Below, one piece after another: positions 16,606 to 26,029 of a stretch of 64,000 bases of DNA. The stretch lies in assembly GCA_017540565.1 (NCBI GenBank), contig JAFYAU010000034.1, positions 40,335 through 104,334 of the forward strand, written 5' to 3'. The translations under genes and the position numbers were made by a program. The stretch is from Oscillospiraceae bacterium. GTDB lineage: Bacteria > Bacillota > Clostridia > Oscillospirales > Oscillospiraceae. The number at the start of each line of letters is the position of its first letter. The stretch's first letter is position 1. The notes under the pieces were generated by a model. That model saw nothing but the letters and a program-made list of their open reading frames with translations. It made no database searches and had not been told where the DNA came from.

Positions 16606-19413
16606 ATGGCCAAGGACTACAACGCTACGCTGAATCTTCCCAAGACCGACTTTCCTATGCGGGCCGGTCTCCCCAAGCGGGAACCGGACATGCTGCAGAG
16701 CTGGTACGACATGGATCTGTACCATGAGATACTGAAGAAAAATGAGGGACGGCCGGCCTTCGTGCTGCACGACGGTCCTCCCTTTTCCAACGGATACATC
16801 CACATGGGCACGGCGCTGAACAAGTGCCTGAAGGACTTCATCGTCCGCTACAAGAACATGAGCGGCTTCCGCGCTCCCTATACTCCCGGCTGGGACAACC
16901 ACGGGATGCCCATCGAGAGCGCCATCATCAAGCAGCACAAGCTGGACCGCCACAAGATGACCGTCTCCGAATTCCGGAACGACTGCCATGACTTCGCGCA
17001 GGACTTCGTGGAGAAGCAGATGGCCCAGTTCAAGCGCATCGGCGTCCTCGGCGACTGGGATTCCCCTTATCTCACGATGGATCCGGCGCTGGAGGCGGAG
17101 GAAGTCCGCGTCTTCGGAAAGATGTACGAGAAGGGCTACATCTACAAAGGCATGAAACCCGTGTACTGGTGCCCCTCCGACGAGACCGCGCTGGCCGAAG
17201 CCGAGATTGAGTACTCCGACGACCCCTGCACCACCGTGTACGTCAAGTTCGCGGTAGCCGACGACAAGGGCCGCCTGGCTCCCTATACCGACCTGTCCCG
17301 CACCTATTTCGTCATCTGGACCACCACCACCTGGACGCTCCCCGGCAATCTCGCCATCTGCCTGAATCCCCGGCTGGAGTACGTCCTGATGAAGGTCCCC
17401 TCCGGCGAGACGTACATCGTCGCCAAGGAACTGGCGGACAAGGTCGCCGAAGCGGCGGAGATCCCGTCCTACGAGACCCTGGCCGTCCTCCCCGGCAGCG
17501 AGTTCGAGATGATGACCGCGCATCACCCCTTCCTCGACAGGGAGTCGGTCATTCTCAACGGCGAGCACGTCACGCTGGACGCGGGCACCGGATGCGTGCA
17601 CACCGCTCCCGGCTTCGGCGCCGACGACTATGCGATCTGCCAGAAATACGACAGGGAGCGCGGGACCAACATCGGCATCACCGTTCCCGTGGACGACCGC
17701 GGCATCATGACCGACGAGGCCTTCGGCGGCACGCACATCAACAAGGCCAACGAGGTCATGCTTCCCGTAATGGAGGTGAGCGGCGCGCTGCTGGCCCGCT
17801 CGGAGATCACCCACTCCTATCCCCACTGCTGGCGCTGCAAGAAGCCCATCATCTTCCGCGCCACGGAACAGTGGTTCTGCTCCGTGGACGCGTTCAAGGA
17901 GGATGCCGTCCGCGCCTGCGGCGACGTTACCTGGATCCCGTCCTGGGGTCATGACCGCATGGTCTCCATGATCCGTGAAAGAGCCGACTGGTGCATCTCG
18001 CGCCAGCGTCACTGGGGGCTTCCCATCCCCGTCTTCTACTGCCCCGACTGCGGAAAGCCGCTGTGCACGCCCGAGACCATCGAGCAGGTGGCGGCGATCT
18101 TCGCAAAAGAGGGCTCCAACGCCTGGTTCGACCGCGAGGCCGCGGATCTTCTGCCGGACGGCTTCACCTGTCCGCACTGCGGATGCGCGCACGGCTTCAC
18201 GAAGGAGACGGACACGCTGGACGGCTGGTTCGATTCCGGCTCCACCCACATCTCCTCCATGGAGCGCAACGCTCCCGGCTGCTGGCCTGCCGATCTGTAT
18301 CTGGAGGGCGGCGACCAGTACCGCGGCTGGTTCCAGTCCAGCCTTCTCACCGCCGTCGCCATCCGGGGCAGCGCCCCGTACCGCGCCGTGCTCACGCACG
18401 GATGGACGGTGGACGGCGAAGGCAAGGCCATGCACAAGTCGCTGGGCAACAGCGTGGCTCCTGACGAGTTGATCCCCAAATACGGAGCCGACCTGCTCCG
18501 CCTGTGGGCAGCTTCCGCAGACTACCATCTGGACATGCGCTGCTCCGACGCCATCTTCAAGCAGCTGAGCGACAAATACCTGAAGATCCGCAACACCGCC
18601 CGCTACATTCTGGGCAACCTGGCCGGTTTCGATCCGTCCCGGGCGGTCCCCTTCTCCGATATGGATCCGCTGGACAGATGGGCCCTTACCCGTCTCAACG
18701 CCCTGACGGAGAAATGCCTGGCAGCCTACGACTCCTACGAGTTCTTTGCCGTGACCTACGCCATCCACAATTTCTGCGTGGTCGAGATGAGCAACCTGTA
18801 TCTGGATATCATCAAGGACCGGCTGTACTGCGAGAAGGCCGACAGCCTGAAACGGCGCAGTGCCCAGACGGCCATCTGGCATATCCTTGACACCATGGTC
18901 CGTCTGCTGGCTCCGATCCTCGCCTTCACCTCCAATGAGATCTGGCTCGCCATGCCTCACGCCGCCGGGGACGATCCCCGTCACGTGATGCTCAACGACA
19001 TCCGCCGTCCCGATCCTCAGTGGGTCCTGGACGATGAGACGCTGGACTCCTTCGACCGCATGTTCCGCGTCCGCGCGGACGTGAACAAGGCGCTGGAACT
19101 CGCCCGGGCCGAAAAGCAGGTCGGAAAGCCGCTGGATGCCGAAGTGACGATCTTTGCGGACGCTTCCGTCCTCGCCGACCTTGAGAAGATGACGTCCGAA
19201 AAGCTGGCCGAGTACTGCATCGTGTCCAAGGTGATCATCGAGCCGGGCGCAGGCGCCGGATACGAAGGCACCGAATATCCGGGCATCACCGTTGCCGTCG
19301 TTCCCAGCGAAGCCCCCAAATGCGTGCGCTGCTGGTGCCACGACGAACACGTCGGAGAGAACGCGGCCCATCCGGAGCTGTGCCCCCGCTGCGCGGCCGC
19401 CGTCACTGAATAA
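16606..19413 (+). CDS. ileS: isoleucine--tRNA ligase
   Basis: Class I motifs HMGTA (HIGH-type) and KMHKS (KMSKS-type), a CP1 editing domain, and a C-terminal zinc-finger pair CVRCW..CPRC. Confidence 0.97.
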   Translation: MAKDYNATLNLPKTDFPMRAGLPKREPDMLQSWYDMDLYHEILKKNEGRPAFVLHDGPPFSNGYIHMGTALNKCLKDFIVRYKNMSGFRAPYTPGWDNHGMPIESAIIKQHKLDRHKMTVSEFRNDCHDFAQDFVEKQMAQFKRIGVLGDWDSPYLTMDPALEAEEVRVFGKMYEKGYIYKGMKPVYWCPSDETALAEAEIEYSDDPCTTVYVKFAVADDKGRLAPYTDLSRTYFVIWTTTTWTLPGNLAICLNPRLEYVLMKVPSGETYIVAKELADKVAEAAEIPSYETLAVLPGSEFEMMTAHHPFLDRESVILNGEHVTLDAGTGCVHTAPGFGADDYAICQKYDRERGTNIGITVPVDDRGIMTDEAFGGTHINKANEVMLPVMEVSGALLARSEITHSYPHCWRCKKPIIFRATEQWFCSVDAFKEDAVRACGDVTWIPSWGHDRMVSMIRERADWCISRQRHWGLPIPVFYCPDCGKPLCTPETIEQVAAIFAKEGSNAWFDREAADLLPDGFTCPHCGCAHGFTKETDTLDGWFDSGSTHISSMERNAPGCWPADLYLEGGDQYRGWFQSSLLTAVAIRGSAPYRAVLTHGWTVDGEGKAMHKSLGNSVAPDELIPKYGADLLRLWAASADYHLDMRCSDAIFKQLSDKYLKIRNTARYILGNLAGFDPSRAVPFSDMDPLDRWALTRLNALTEKCLAAYDSYEFFAVTYAIHNFCVVEMSNLYLDIIKDRLYCEKADSLKRRSAQTAIWHILDTMVRLLAPILAFTSNEIWLAMPHAAGDDPRHVMLNDIRRPDPQWVLDDETLDSFDRMFRVRADVNKALELARAEKQVGKPLDAEVTIFADASVLADLEKMTSEKLAEYCIVSKVIIEPGAGAGYEGTEYPGITVAVVPSEAPKCVRCWCHDEHVGENAAHPELCPRCAAAVTE

Positions 19414-19425
19414 GGAGGTTTCGAC

Positions 19426-20157
19426 ATGATCTATTTCATCATCGCGTTCCTGATCATCCTGTGCGACCAGGCTGCCAAGTACTTCGTCACCCTGAAGTTC
19501 GGCCTGGGCGGGAGCCTGGATCTGATCCCGGGCATCCTGCGCATCACCTATCACACCAACTCCGGCGGAGCCTTCTCGATGCTGGACAACTACACGCTGA
19601 TCCTGACCATCGTGTCCGCCGTCGTCGCCGTCGCCATCATCGTACTGCTCATCGCTTCAAAGTGGTCCGGCTTCGGCAAGCTCAGCCTGGCCTTCATCCT
19701 GGGCGGCGCCATAGGCAACCTGATCGACCGCGTGGTCCTGAAGTACGTGGTGGACATGTTCTACCCCCTGTTCGTGAACTTCGCCATCTTCAACGTGGCC
19801 GACATATTCATCACGATCGGCGCGATCCTGTTCATCCTGTTCATCCTGTTCGGCAACAAGCACGCCGGTGACCAGAAGCTGTCCCCGAAGGAGCGCAAGA
19901 AGGAGCGGATGACCAGAAAGTACGGCCCCGATGTGGATGAGAGCACGATCACCATCCCCGCTGAGGAGATCCGGGCCGCCGAAGAGCGCGCGCTGGAGTC
20001 CGCCGACGAGATCGAACCCGAGGGCGACGACGTGACCGTCGTCTACAAGAACCCGATGGTCACCGATGCGGATATCGCGGCCGCCAAGAAGGACGCGGAA
20101 GAGAAAAAGGAATACTCTCTGGAAGACATCATGAGGGAATATGGACACGATTTTTGA
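19426..20157 (+). CDS. lspA: lipoprotein signal peptidase II with a ~90-aa charged C-terminal extension
   Basis: LspA blocks NSGGAFSML, GGAIGNLIDR and FNVADIFITIG. AAGGAGG RBS. Confidence 0.85.
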   Translation: MIYFIIAFLIILCDQAAKYFVTLKFGLGGSLDLIPGILRITYHTNSGGAFSMLDNYTLILTIVSAVVAVAIIVLLIASKWSGFGKLSLAFILGGAIGNLIDRVVLKYVVDMFYPLFVNFAIFNVADIFITIGAILFILFILFGNKHAGDQKLSPKERKKERMTRKYGPDVDESTITIPAEEIRAAEERALESADEIEPEGDDVTVVYKNPMVTDADIAAAKKDAEEKKEYSLEDIMREYGHDF

Positions 20158-21058
20158 GGTCCCCGCCGACTGTGACGGCGAGCGCCTGGATCTTGTCCTC
20201 GGGCAGCAGCTGTCCGGTCTTTCCCGCAGTGCCGCCCAGAAACTGATGGATAACGGCCTTGTCACCTGCGGTGGCAGGGCCGTTAAGAAGAATATGCGGG
20301 TCAGAGCGGGCGATCTGATCTCCGTTTCCCTGCCCGAGCCGGAGCCCGCGGAGACCCGTCCGGAGGATATTCCCCTGGATATCGTCTGGGAGGACAGTGA
20401 CATCATCGTCGTCAACAAGCCCCGGGGCATGGTTGTCCACCCGGCTCCCGGCCACACCGGCGGCACTCTGGTCAACGCGTTGCTGTACCACTGCGGAGCG
20501 GAACTCTCCGGCATCGGAGGCGTGATACGTCCCGGAATCGTGCACCGTATCGACAAGGACACCTCCGGGCTCCTGGTCGCCGCGAAGAATGACGCGGCAC
20601 ACGCGTCGCTCTCCGCCCAGCTGGCGGACCGGAGTCTGTCGCGGATCTATCAGGCGGTCGTGTGCGGCCGTCTGCGCGACGATGAGGGAACGGTCGACGC
20701 CCCCATCGGACGCCATCCCACGGACCGCAAGCGCATGACCGTGACGGACAGAAACGGCCGGCCGGCCGTCACCCACTACCGGGTTCTGGCAAGATACAGC
20801 GGCTACACGCACGTTGAGTGCCGTCTGGAGACCGGGCGCACCCATCAGATCCGCGTGCATATGGCGTATATCGGCCATCCCCTCCTGGGCGACACTGTAT
20901 ACGGGAGAAAAAAACCGGAGAAGGGACTGGACGGCCAGTGCCTGCACGCCGCGCAGCTGAAACTGATCCACCCCTCCACGGGGGAGCCGATGTCTTTCAG
21001 CGCCCCTCTCCCCGACTGGTTCACCGATGCGCTGTCCCGGCTGGGGCCGACGGAATGA
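20141..21058 (+). CDS. rluD: RluA-family 23S rRNA pseudouridine synthase (RluD-like)
   Basis: N-terminal S4 domain, catalytic motif HRIDKDTSGLLV, and a GRTHQIRVH block. Confidence 0.9.
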   Translation: MDTIFEVPADCDGERLDLVLGQQLSGLSRSAAQKLMDNGLVTCGGRAVKKNMRVRAGDLISVSLPEPEPAETRPEDIPLDIVWEDSDIIVVNKPRGMVVHPAPGHTGGTLVNALLYHCGAELSGIGGVIRPGIVHRIDKDTSGLLVAAKNDAAHASLSAQLADRSLSRIYQAVVCGRLRDDEGTVDAPIGRHPTDRKRMTVTDRNGRPAVTHYRVLARYSGYTHVECRLETGRTHQIRVHMAYIGHPLLGDTVYGRKKPEKGLDGQCLHAAQLKLIHPSTGEPMSFSAPLPDWFTDALSRLGPTE

Positions 21059-21166
21059 TGAAGTACGCGGAAAATGCCATTTTCCGCCCGCTGTGATAGA
21101 CTTTCCCTGTACCGCCGCATTCCGGCGGCACACAGGATCAGAATTACGAATACAGGAGGTTTGCTT

Positions 21167-22018
21167 ATGGCTTATTGCGTACAATGCGGCCAGCAGCTCG
21201 AGGACGGCATGAACTTCTGCCCCGTCTGCGGCACGGCCGTGACAGCCGCCGGCACGCAGCAGGAGCAGCCGATCCCCATCGCCGAGACCGCCCCCGCCTA
21301 TGATCCGGCCACCGCGACGGATTACCGGGTGATCCTGTTCAGCCGGGGAAGCTGCAGCGCGGCGAACGCGCGGGCCCTGCTGAGAGACATCCTCGGCTAT
21401 TCCTCCTCCGAGGCCAGGAACATCCTGACCATGGCTCCGGTGGAGATCGCGTGCAACCTGAACATGGCTCAGGCGCTGTATCTGGCCCAGGCACTGACGG
21501 AATACGGGATCGAGGTCACGGTATGCAACTCCCAGGGCTACGTCAACGTGCCTCAGGCCGCCGCCACCTCCGTCTACGACCGGACCGGCAATTTCGTCCC
21601 CGCCGTTGCCAGTGCGCTGGCGGCGCTCTCCGTTGCCAACCGGGTCCGCGAGATCCGCCGCTGGAACGTCGGGCCCCGGCCGAACCTGTACAGGCTGAGT
21701 TTCCGGCCGAGTCCTCCTCCGAGAAGCGCCCGCCGCTACAGCAGTTTCGGCATCTTCCATCCGGCTCCGCGTCCGGCGCCCCGGCCGGTGTCCCCCCGTC
21801 CGGTCGTCCCTCCCGTTCCGAAAGGCATCTTCGGCGGCAGGCCCTCCGGCACGCCGGTGCGTCCGTCCGGCGGAAGGCCTGCGGGCGGCGCAGGAAACCG
21901 GCCGCCCCAGAACGGCGCTCCCAGGCCGGGCGGACCCGGCAGTTTCGGCGGCAAACCCGGCGGCGGTTCCCGTCCCTCCGGCGGAAAACCGGGCGGGCGC
22001 GGCGGACAGCGCTTCTGA
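21167..22018 (+). CDS. zinc-ribbon protein with a Pro/Gly/Arg-rich low-complexity tail
   Basis: MAYCVQCGQQLEDGMNFCPVCG gives a CxxC..CxxC pattern. AGGAGG upstream of ATG 21167. The tail is PSGG/PGG rich. Confidence 0.6.
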   Translation: MAYCVQCGQQLEDGMNFCPVCGTAVTAAGTQQEQPIPIAETAPAYDPATATDYRVILFSRGSCSAANARALLRDILGYSSSEARNILTMAPVEIACNLNMAQALYLAQALTEYGIEVTVCNSQGYVNVPQAAATSVYDRTGNFVPAVASALAALSVANRVREIRRWNVGPRPNLYRLSFRPSPPPRSARRYSSFGIFHPAPRPAPRPVSPRPVVPPVPKGIFGGRPSGTPVRPSGGRPAGGAGNRPPQNGAPRPGGPGSFGGKPGGGSRPSGGKPGGRGGQRF

Positions 22019-22078
22019 CGGCGTCTGTCCGATATACCAGAACAGGAAGTGATCCCCACGAAAGTAGAAAAGAGAAAA

Positions 22079-22936
22079 ATGGGTGACCGCAAGGACGGCC
22101 GCCTGATCCGCGAACTGGATCCCATGCATTTCATCACCCCGCTGCTCTACCCCAACCGGTGCGACAACGAAGCCTACATCTCCGTCAAGGTGGATCTGGA
22201 GGCCATCAACCGGTACGTGGCGGAACTCAACGAGTCCGATCCGGATTTCAGATACACCATGTTCCACATCATCGTGGCGGCGATCATCAAGGTCATCACC
22301 CTGCGCCCGAAACTGAACCGGTTCATCGCGAACAAGAATTTCTACCAGCGCAACGAGGTCTCCGCCTCCTTCGTGGTCAAGAAACAGTTCAATGACCAGG
22401 CGGAGGAGGGGCTGGCCTTCATCCACGCCCGGCCGGACAGCACGCTGTTCACCATCCGGGACGATCTGAAAAAGCAGATCACCACGGTGAAGAAGGAGGG
22501 CGCCGTCGACGCCTCCTCCGACGCCATGGACATGTTCAACAAGATGCCGCGGTTCCTGTCCAAGTTCATCGTCTGGGTCATCACCCGCCTGGACAAACAC
22601 GGCTGGGTGCCTCAGTCCCTGATCGACACGGATCCCTACTACAGTTCCGTTGTCCTGTCCAATCTTGGTTCCATCAGGCTCAAAAGCGGCTATCATCATC
22701 TGACGAACTGGGGCACATGCTCCCTGTTCTGCATCGTCGGCGAAAAGAAGACTGCCCCGGTATACGCCCCCGACGGGACCTATGCCATGAGGGAGTCCCT
22801 GGACCTCGGCCTCACCGTGGACGAACGGCTGGCCGACGGCTATTACTATGCAAAGTCCATCCGCCTGCTCAGTTATCTGCTTCAGCACCCGGAGGAACTT
22901 GAAAGACCAATGAGTGAGGAAGTAGCATATGAGTGA
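22079..22936 (+). CDS. 2-oxoacid dehydrogenase E2 / CAT-fold acyltransferase-like protein (catalytic domain only)
   Basis: E2 catalytic-domain pattern ending in LTVDERLADGYYYAKS, where the canonical motif is DHRxxDG. ATG 22079 is preferred; GTG 22049 is an alternative start. Confidence 0.7.
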   Translation: MGDRKDGRLIRELDPMHFITPLLYPNRCDNEAYISVKVDLEAINRYVAELNESDPDFRYTMFHIIVAAIIKVITLRPKLNRFIANKNFYQRNEVSASFVVKKQFNDQAEEGLAFIHARPDSTLFTIRDDLKKQITTVKKEGAVDASSDAMDMFNKMPRFLSKFIVWVITRLDKHGWVPQSLIDTDPYYSSVVLSNLGSIRLKSGYHHLTNWGTCSLFCIVGEKKTAPVYAPDGTYAMRESLDLGLTVDERLADGYYYAKSIRLLSYLLQHPEELERPMSEEVAYE

Positions 22937-24722
22937 GACAATTCCCGTAAAGGCGCCGTGGCTCGCGTTCCGCGGCGAAGTACCCGCAACGCTGGAATAC
23001 CCCGACTGCAGCATGGCGCAGGCGGTGGAGCAGGCGGCAGAGCTGTATCCCGACAAGACGGCCTACGTCTTCATGGGAAAGAAGACCACGTACCGGGCCA
23101 TGGTGGAATCTATCCACACCTGCGCCCGCGCCCTGAAGGCGATCGGCGTGCGTTCCGGCGACCGGATCACCATCGCGATGCCCAACTGCCCGCAGGCGGT
23201 CAGCCTCTTCTACGCCACCAACCTGGTGGGCGCCGTGGCCAACATGATCCATCCTCTGTCCAGCGAGAAGGAGATCGAGTTCTTCATCAAGGAGTCCGGC
23301 TCCCTTTACGCCGTCACCCTGGATCAGTTCTACGGCAAGTTCGAGGCTATCCGGAAGAACGTGAACCTCGAGAACATCATCATCGCCTCCATCAAGGACG
23401 CCCTGTCCCGCCCTGTCAAGGCGGGGTACATGCTGACCGAGGGACGGAAACAGGAGAAGATTCCCAAGGACGCCCCCGTGATCCGCTGGCATGAATTCAT
23501 CCACCGCGGCATCAGCAACTACTGGAAATACCGGGACGACAAGAAGGGCGACGACGTCGCCGTCATCCTGTACTCCGGCGGCACCACCGGTACCACCAAG
23601 GGCATCCTGCTGACCAACCGCAATTTCAACGCCCTGGCTAGGCAGATCGTTGCCACCAACCCCATGTTCCGTCCCGGGGACAAAATGCTCGCCGTCATGC
23701 CCATGTTCCACGGCTTCGGCCTGGGGGTCACGATCCATTCCATGCTCGCCAGCGGCGGATGCTGCATCCTGGTCCCCAGATTCACTCCCGCGAGTTACGC
23801 CAAAATGATGGTGAAATACCGGTGCAACCTTATTGCAGGCGTTCCCACGCTGTATGAAGCCCTGCTGCGTCTCCCGAAGATGGAGAACGCTGACCTCAGC
23901 TGCCTCAAGGGCGTGTATTCCGGCGGCGACAGCCTGTCCATCGAACTGAAGAAACGGTTCGACCAGTTCCTGTTCGATCATCACGCCAGCATCCAGGTGC
24001 GCGAGGGCTACGGCCTGACCGAGTGCGTCACCGCCTCCTGCCTCACACCGTACCACCAGTCCCGCGAGGGCAGCATCGGCATTCCCTTCCCGGATACGTA
24101 CTACAAGATCGTGAAGCCCGGCACCCAGGAGGAGGTCCCCTACGGCGAGGAGGGCGAGATCTGCCTGGCCGGCCCCACCGTCATGAAGGGCTATCTGGAC
24201 CGTCCGGAGGAGACCGCGGACACGCTGCAGAAGCACGCCGACGGCCTGACCTGGGTCCACACCGGCGACCTCGGCGTCATGGACAAGGACGGCTTCGTCT
24301 ATTTCCGCCAGCGCATCAAGCGCATGATCATCACGAGCGGCTACAACGTGTATCCCGGCCAGCTGGAGAACATCTTCGATGCCCACGAGCTGGTGCAGAT
24401 GAGCTGCGTGATTGGAGTGCCGGACCCGCTGAAGATGCAGAAAGTGAAAGCCTTTGTCATGCTGAAGCCCGGTGTGCCGGCCACTCAGGAGACGAAGGAC
24501 ACGCTGATGGCCTATGCCCGGAAGAACATCGCCAGATACGCCATGCCCTACGACATAGAGTTCCGTGAGGAGCTCCCCAAGACGCTCGTTGGCAAGGTCG
24601 CCTACCGGCTGCTCGAGGAGGAGGAACTGGCCAAGCTGGCGAAGGATGCTCCCGCCGAAGAAGAGGCCGCCCCCGAGGCCATCGAGAATCCTGAAAGCTC
24701 CGAAGGCACGGAACAGGCCTGA
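22929..24722 (+). CDS. AMP-dependent acyl-CoA synthetase/ligase (long-chain fatty-acid-CoA ligase-like)
   Basis: AMP-binding motif YSGGTTGTTKG, plus GYGLTE, TGDLG and a C-terminal GKV block. Confidence 0.9.
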   Translation: MSETIPVKAPWLAFRGEVPATLEYPDCSMAQAVEQAAELYPDKTAYVFMGKKTTYRAMVESIHTCARALKAIGVRSGDRITIAMPNCPQAVSLFYATNLVGAVANMIHPLSSEKEIEFFIKESGSLYAVTLDQFYGKFEAIRKNVNLENIIIASIKDALSRPVKAGYMLTEGRKQEKIPKDAPVIRWHEFIHRGISNYWKYRDDKKGDDVAVILYSGGTTGTTKGILLTNRNFNALARQIVATNPMFRPGDKMLAVMPMFHGFGLGVTIHSMLASGGCCILVPRFTPASYAKMMVKYRCNLIAGVPTLYEALLRLPKMENADLSCLKGVYSGGDSLSIELKKRFDQFLFDHHASIQVREGYGLTECVTASCLTPYHQSREGSIGIPFPDTYYKIVKPGTQEEVPYGEEGEICLAGPTVMKGYLDRPEETADTLQKHADGLTWVHTGDLGVMDKDGFVYFRQRIKRMIITSGYNVYPGQLENIFDAHELVQMSCVIGVPDPLKMQKVKAFVMLKPGVPATQETKDTLMAYARKNIARYAMPYDIEFREELPKTLVGKVAYRLLEEEELAKLAKDAPAEEEAAPEAIENPESSEGTEQA

Positions 24723-24745
24723 CGGGCACCATATTCCCAAGAACA

Positions 24746-24782
24746 GCGGACCGCCGAGATAACCCGGCGGTCCGTTTTCTTT
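24746..24782 (+). terminator. intrinsic terminator after the acyl-CoA ligase gene
   Basis: CGGACCGCCG (24748-24757) pairs with CGGCGGTCCG (24766-24775), followed by TTTTC. Confidence 0.8.
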
Positions 24783-24807
24783 CCTCCTCCCCCGATACGG
24801 TCCCCTC

Positions 24808-24836
24808 TTGCTATTTTCATCATGGGAAGCTATAAT
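24808..24836 (+). promoter_or_regulatory. sigma-70-type promoter of the HMA-ZIP pair
   Basis: TTGCTA (24808-24813), 17 nt spacer, TATAAT (24831-24836). Confidence 0.55.
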
Positions 24837-24917
24837 GTGAGCAATAAATTAGCCTTTGCTAACTCATGGCGGCGAGTCCGCTTCATGCACAGGCAGGCGG
24901 AAAGCGAGGATGGAAAC

Positions 24918-25172
24918 ATGAACAGGATTACGGTTAAGATCGAGGGCATGAGCTGCGGGATGTGCGAGGCGCACGTCTGCGACACGATCCGGAACACGGT
25001 TCCCTCGGCGAAAAAGGTCTCCGCTTCGAGGATCCGGGGCGAGGCCTCCTTCCTGACGGAGGCGCCCGTCGACGAGACGGCTCTGAAAAAAGCCATCGAT
25101 ATGACGGGATATACCTGTCTGGGGATCGAATCCTCTCCCTATGAAAAGAAAGGTCTGTTCGCCCGGAAATGA
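24918..25172 (+). CDS. heavy-metal-associated (HMA) domain metallochaperone-like protein
   Basis: GMSCGMCEAHV matches GMxCxxC. An 84-aa ferredoxin-like fold is expected. ATG 24918 is preceded by GAGGATGGA. Confidence 0.8.
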   Translation: MNRITVKIEGMSCGMCEAHVCDTIRNTVPSAKKVSASRIRGEASFLTEAPVDETALKKAIDMTGYTCLGIESSPYEKKGLFARK

Positions 25173-25957
25173 GCACTGTTTTCACGGGACTCCTGATACC
25201 CTTTCTGGGAACGGCGGCCGGATCCGCCTGCGTGTTTTTTCTGAGGAAGGATCTCCGGCCCGGCCTACAGCGCGCTCTGACCGGTTTCGCGGCGGGCGTG
25301 ATGGTGGCGGCCTCGATCTGGAGCCTGATCGTCCCGGCCATCGAGCAGTCCTCGGGAAAAGGGCGCTGGGCGTTTCTTCCGGCTTTCACCGGCTTCTGGC
25401 TCGGCATTCTGTTCCTTCTCCTTCTGGATCACGCGATTCCGCACCTGCACAGGAGCGTCGACCGCTCCGACCGGCCGGAAGGCCCGAAGAGCAGGCTGGA
25501 CCGGACAGTGATGATGGTGTTCGCCGTGACCCTCCACAACATTCCCGAGGGCATGGCGGTGGGCGTCATCTACGCAGGCCTGATCTCCGGCTCGGCGAAC
25601 ATCACGGCGGGCGGAGCGCTCGCTCTGGCGCTCGGCATCGCGATACAGAACTTCCCGGAAGGCGCGATCATCTCCATGCCGCTGTTCGCCGAAGGAAAGA
25701 GCAGACGTCAGTCTTTCTGGCTCGGCGCGGCTTCCGGAGCGGTGGAGCCGCTCTTCGGCGGACTGACGGTCCTGGTCGCGACCCTCGTCGTCCCGGCAAT
25801 GCCGTACCTTCTCTCCTTTGCCGCCGGCGCCATGCTGTACGTGGTCGTGGAGGAACTGATCCCGGAGATGTCCGCGGGAGAGCATTCCAACGTCGGCGTC
25901 GTTTTCTTTGCCGTCGGTTTCAGCGTGATGATGGCTCTCGACGTGGCGCTGGGATAG
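25169..25957 (+). CDS. zupT: ZIP-family divalent metal transporter (ZupT/GufA-like)
   Basis: HNIPEGMAVG and QNFPEGAI signature helices with multiple TM segments. Its ATG overlaps the HMA gene stop (ATGA at 25169-25172). Confidence 0.9.
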   Translation: MSTVFTGLLIPFLGTAAGSACVFFLRKDLRPGLQRALTGFAAGVMVAASIWSLIVPAIEQSSGKGRWAFLPAFTGFWLGILFLLLLDHAIPHLHRSVDRSDRPEGPKSRLDRTVMMVFAVTLHNIPEGMAVGVIYAGLISGSANITAGGALALALGIAIQNFPEGAIISMPLFAEGKSRRQSFWLGAASGAVEPLFGGLTVLVATLVVPAMPYLLSFAAGAMLYVVVEELIPEMSAGEHSNVGVVFFAVGFSVMMALDVALG

Positions 25958-26029
25958 ACTCTTCCCCGTTGCTTTCCGCCTCCCTGCGTGCTATTCTTGA
26001 CATGACATCACACGGGGAGGATGATCCGC

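Noticed and set aside
15235-19554. 1439-aa ORF on the minus strand
   Set aside because: It is antisense to the unmistakable sepF, divIVA and ileS genes. Its translation is low-complexity (Gly/Arg/Asp/His/Val rich) with no recognisable motifs or RBS. This is a typical stop-codon-poor antisense frame of a high-GC genome.
20129-23056. 975-aa ORF on the minus strand; similar long ORFs lie at 3917-6016(+), 50965-52869(+), 22869-24740(-) and 32495-34864(-)
   Set aside because: All lie opposite to, or out of frame with, genes that carry clear family signatures. They have biased Arg/Gly/His/Pro composition.
24837-24917. Riboswitch in the HMA-ZIP leader (shares GCAGGCGG with the CDF leader)
   Set aside because: The leader is only ~80 nt and has no terminator or sequestering structure. 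The shared 8-mer is too short to be meaningful.
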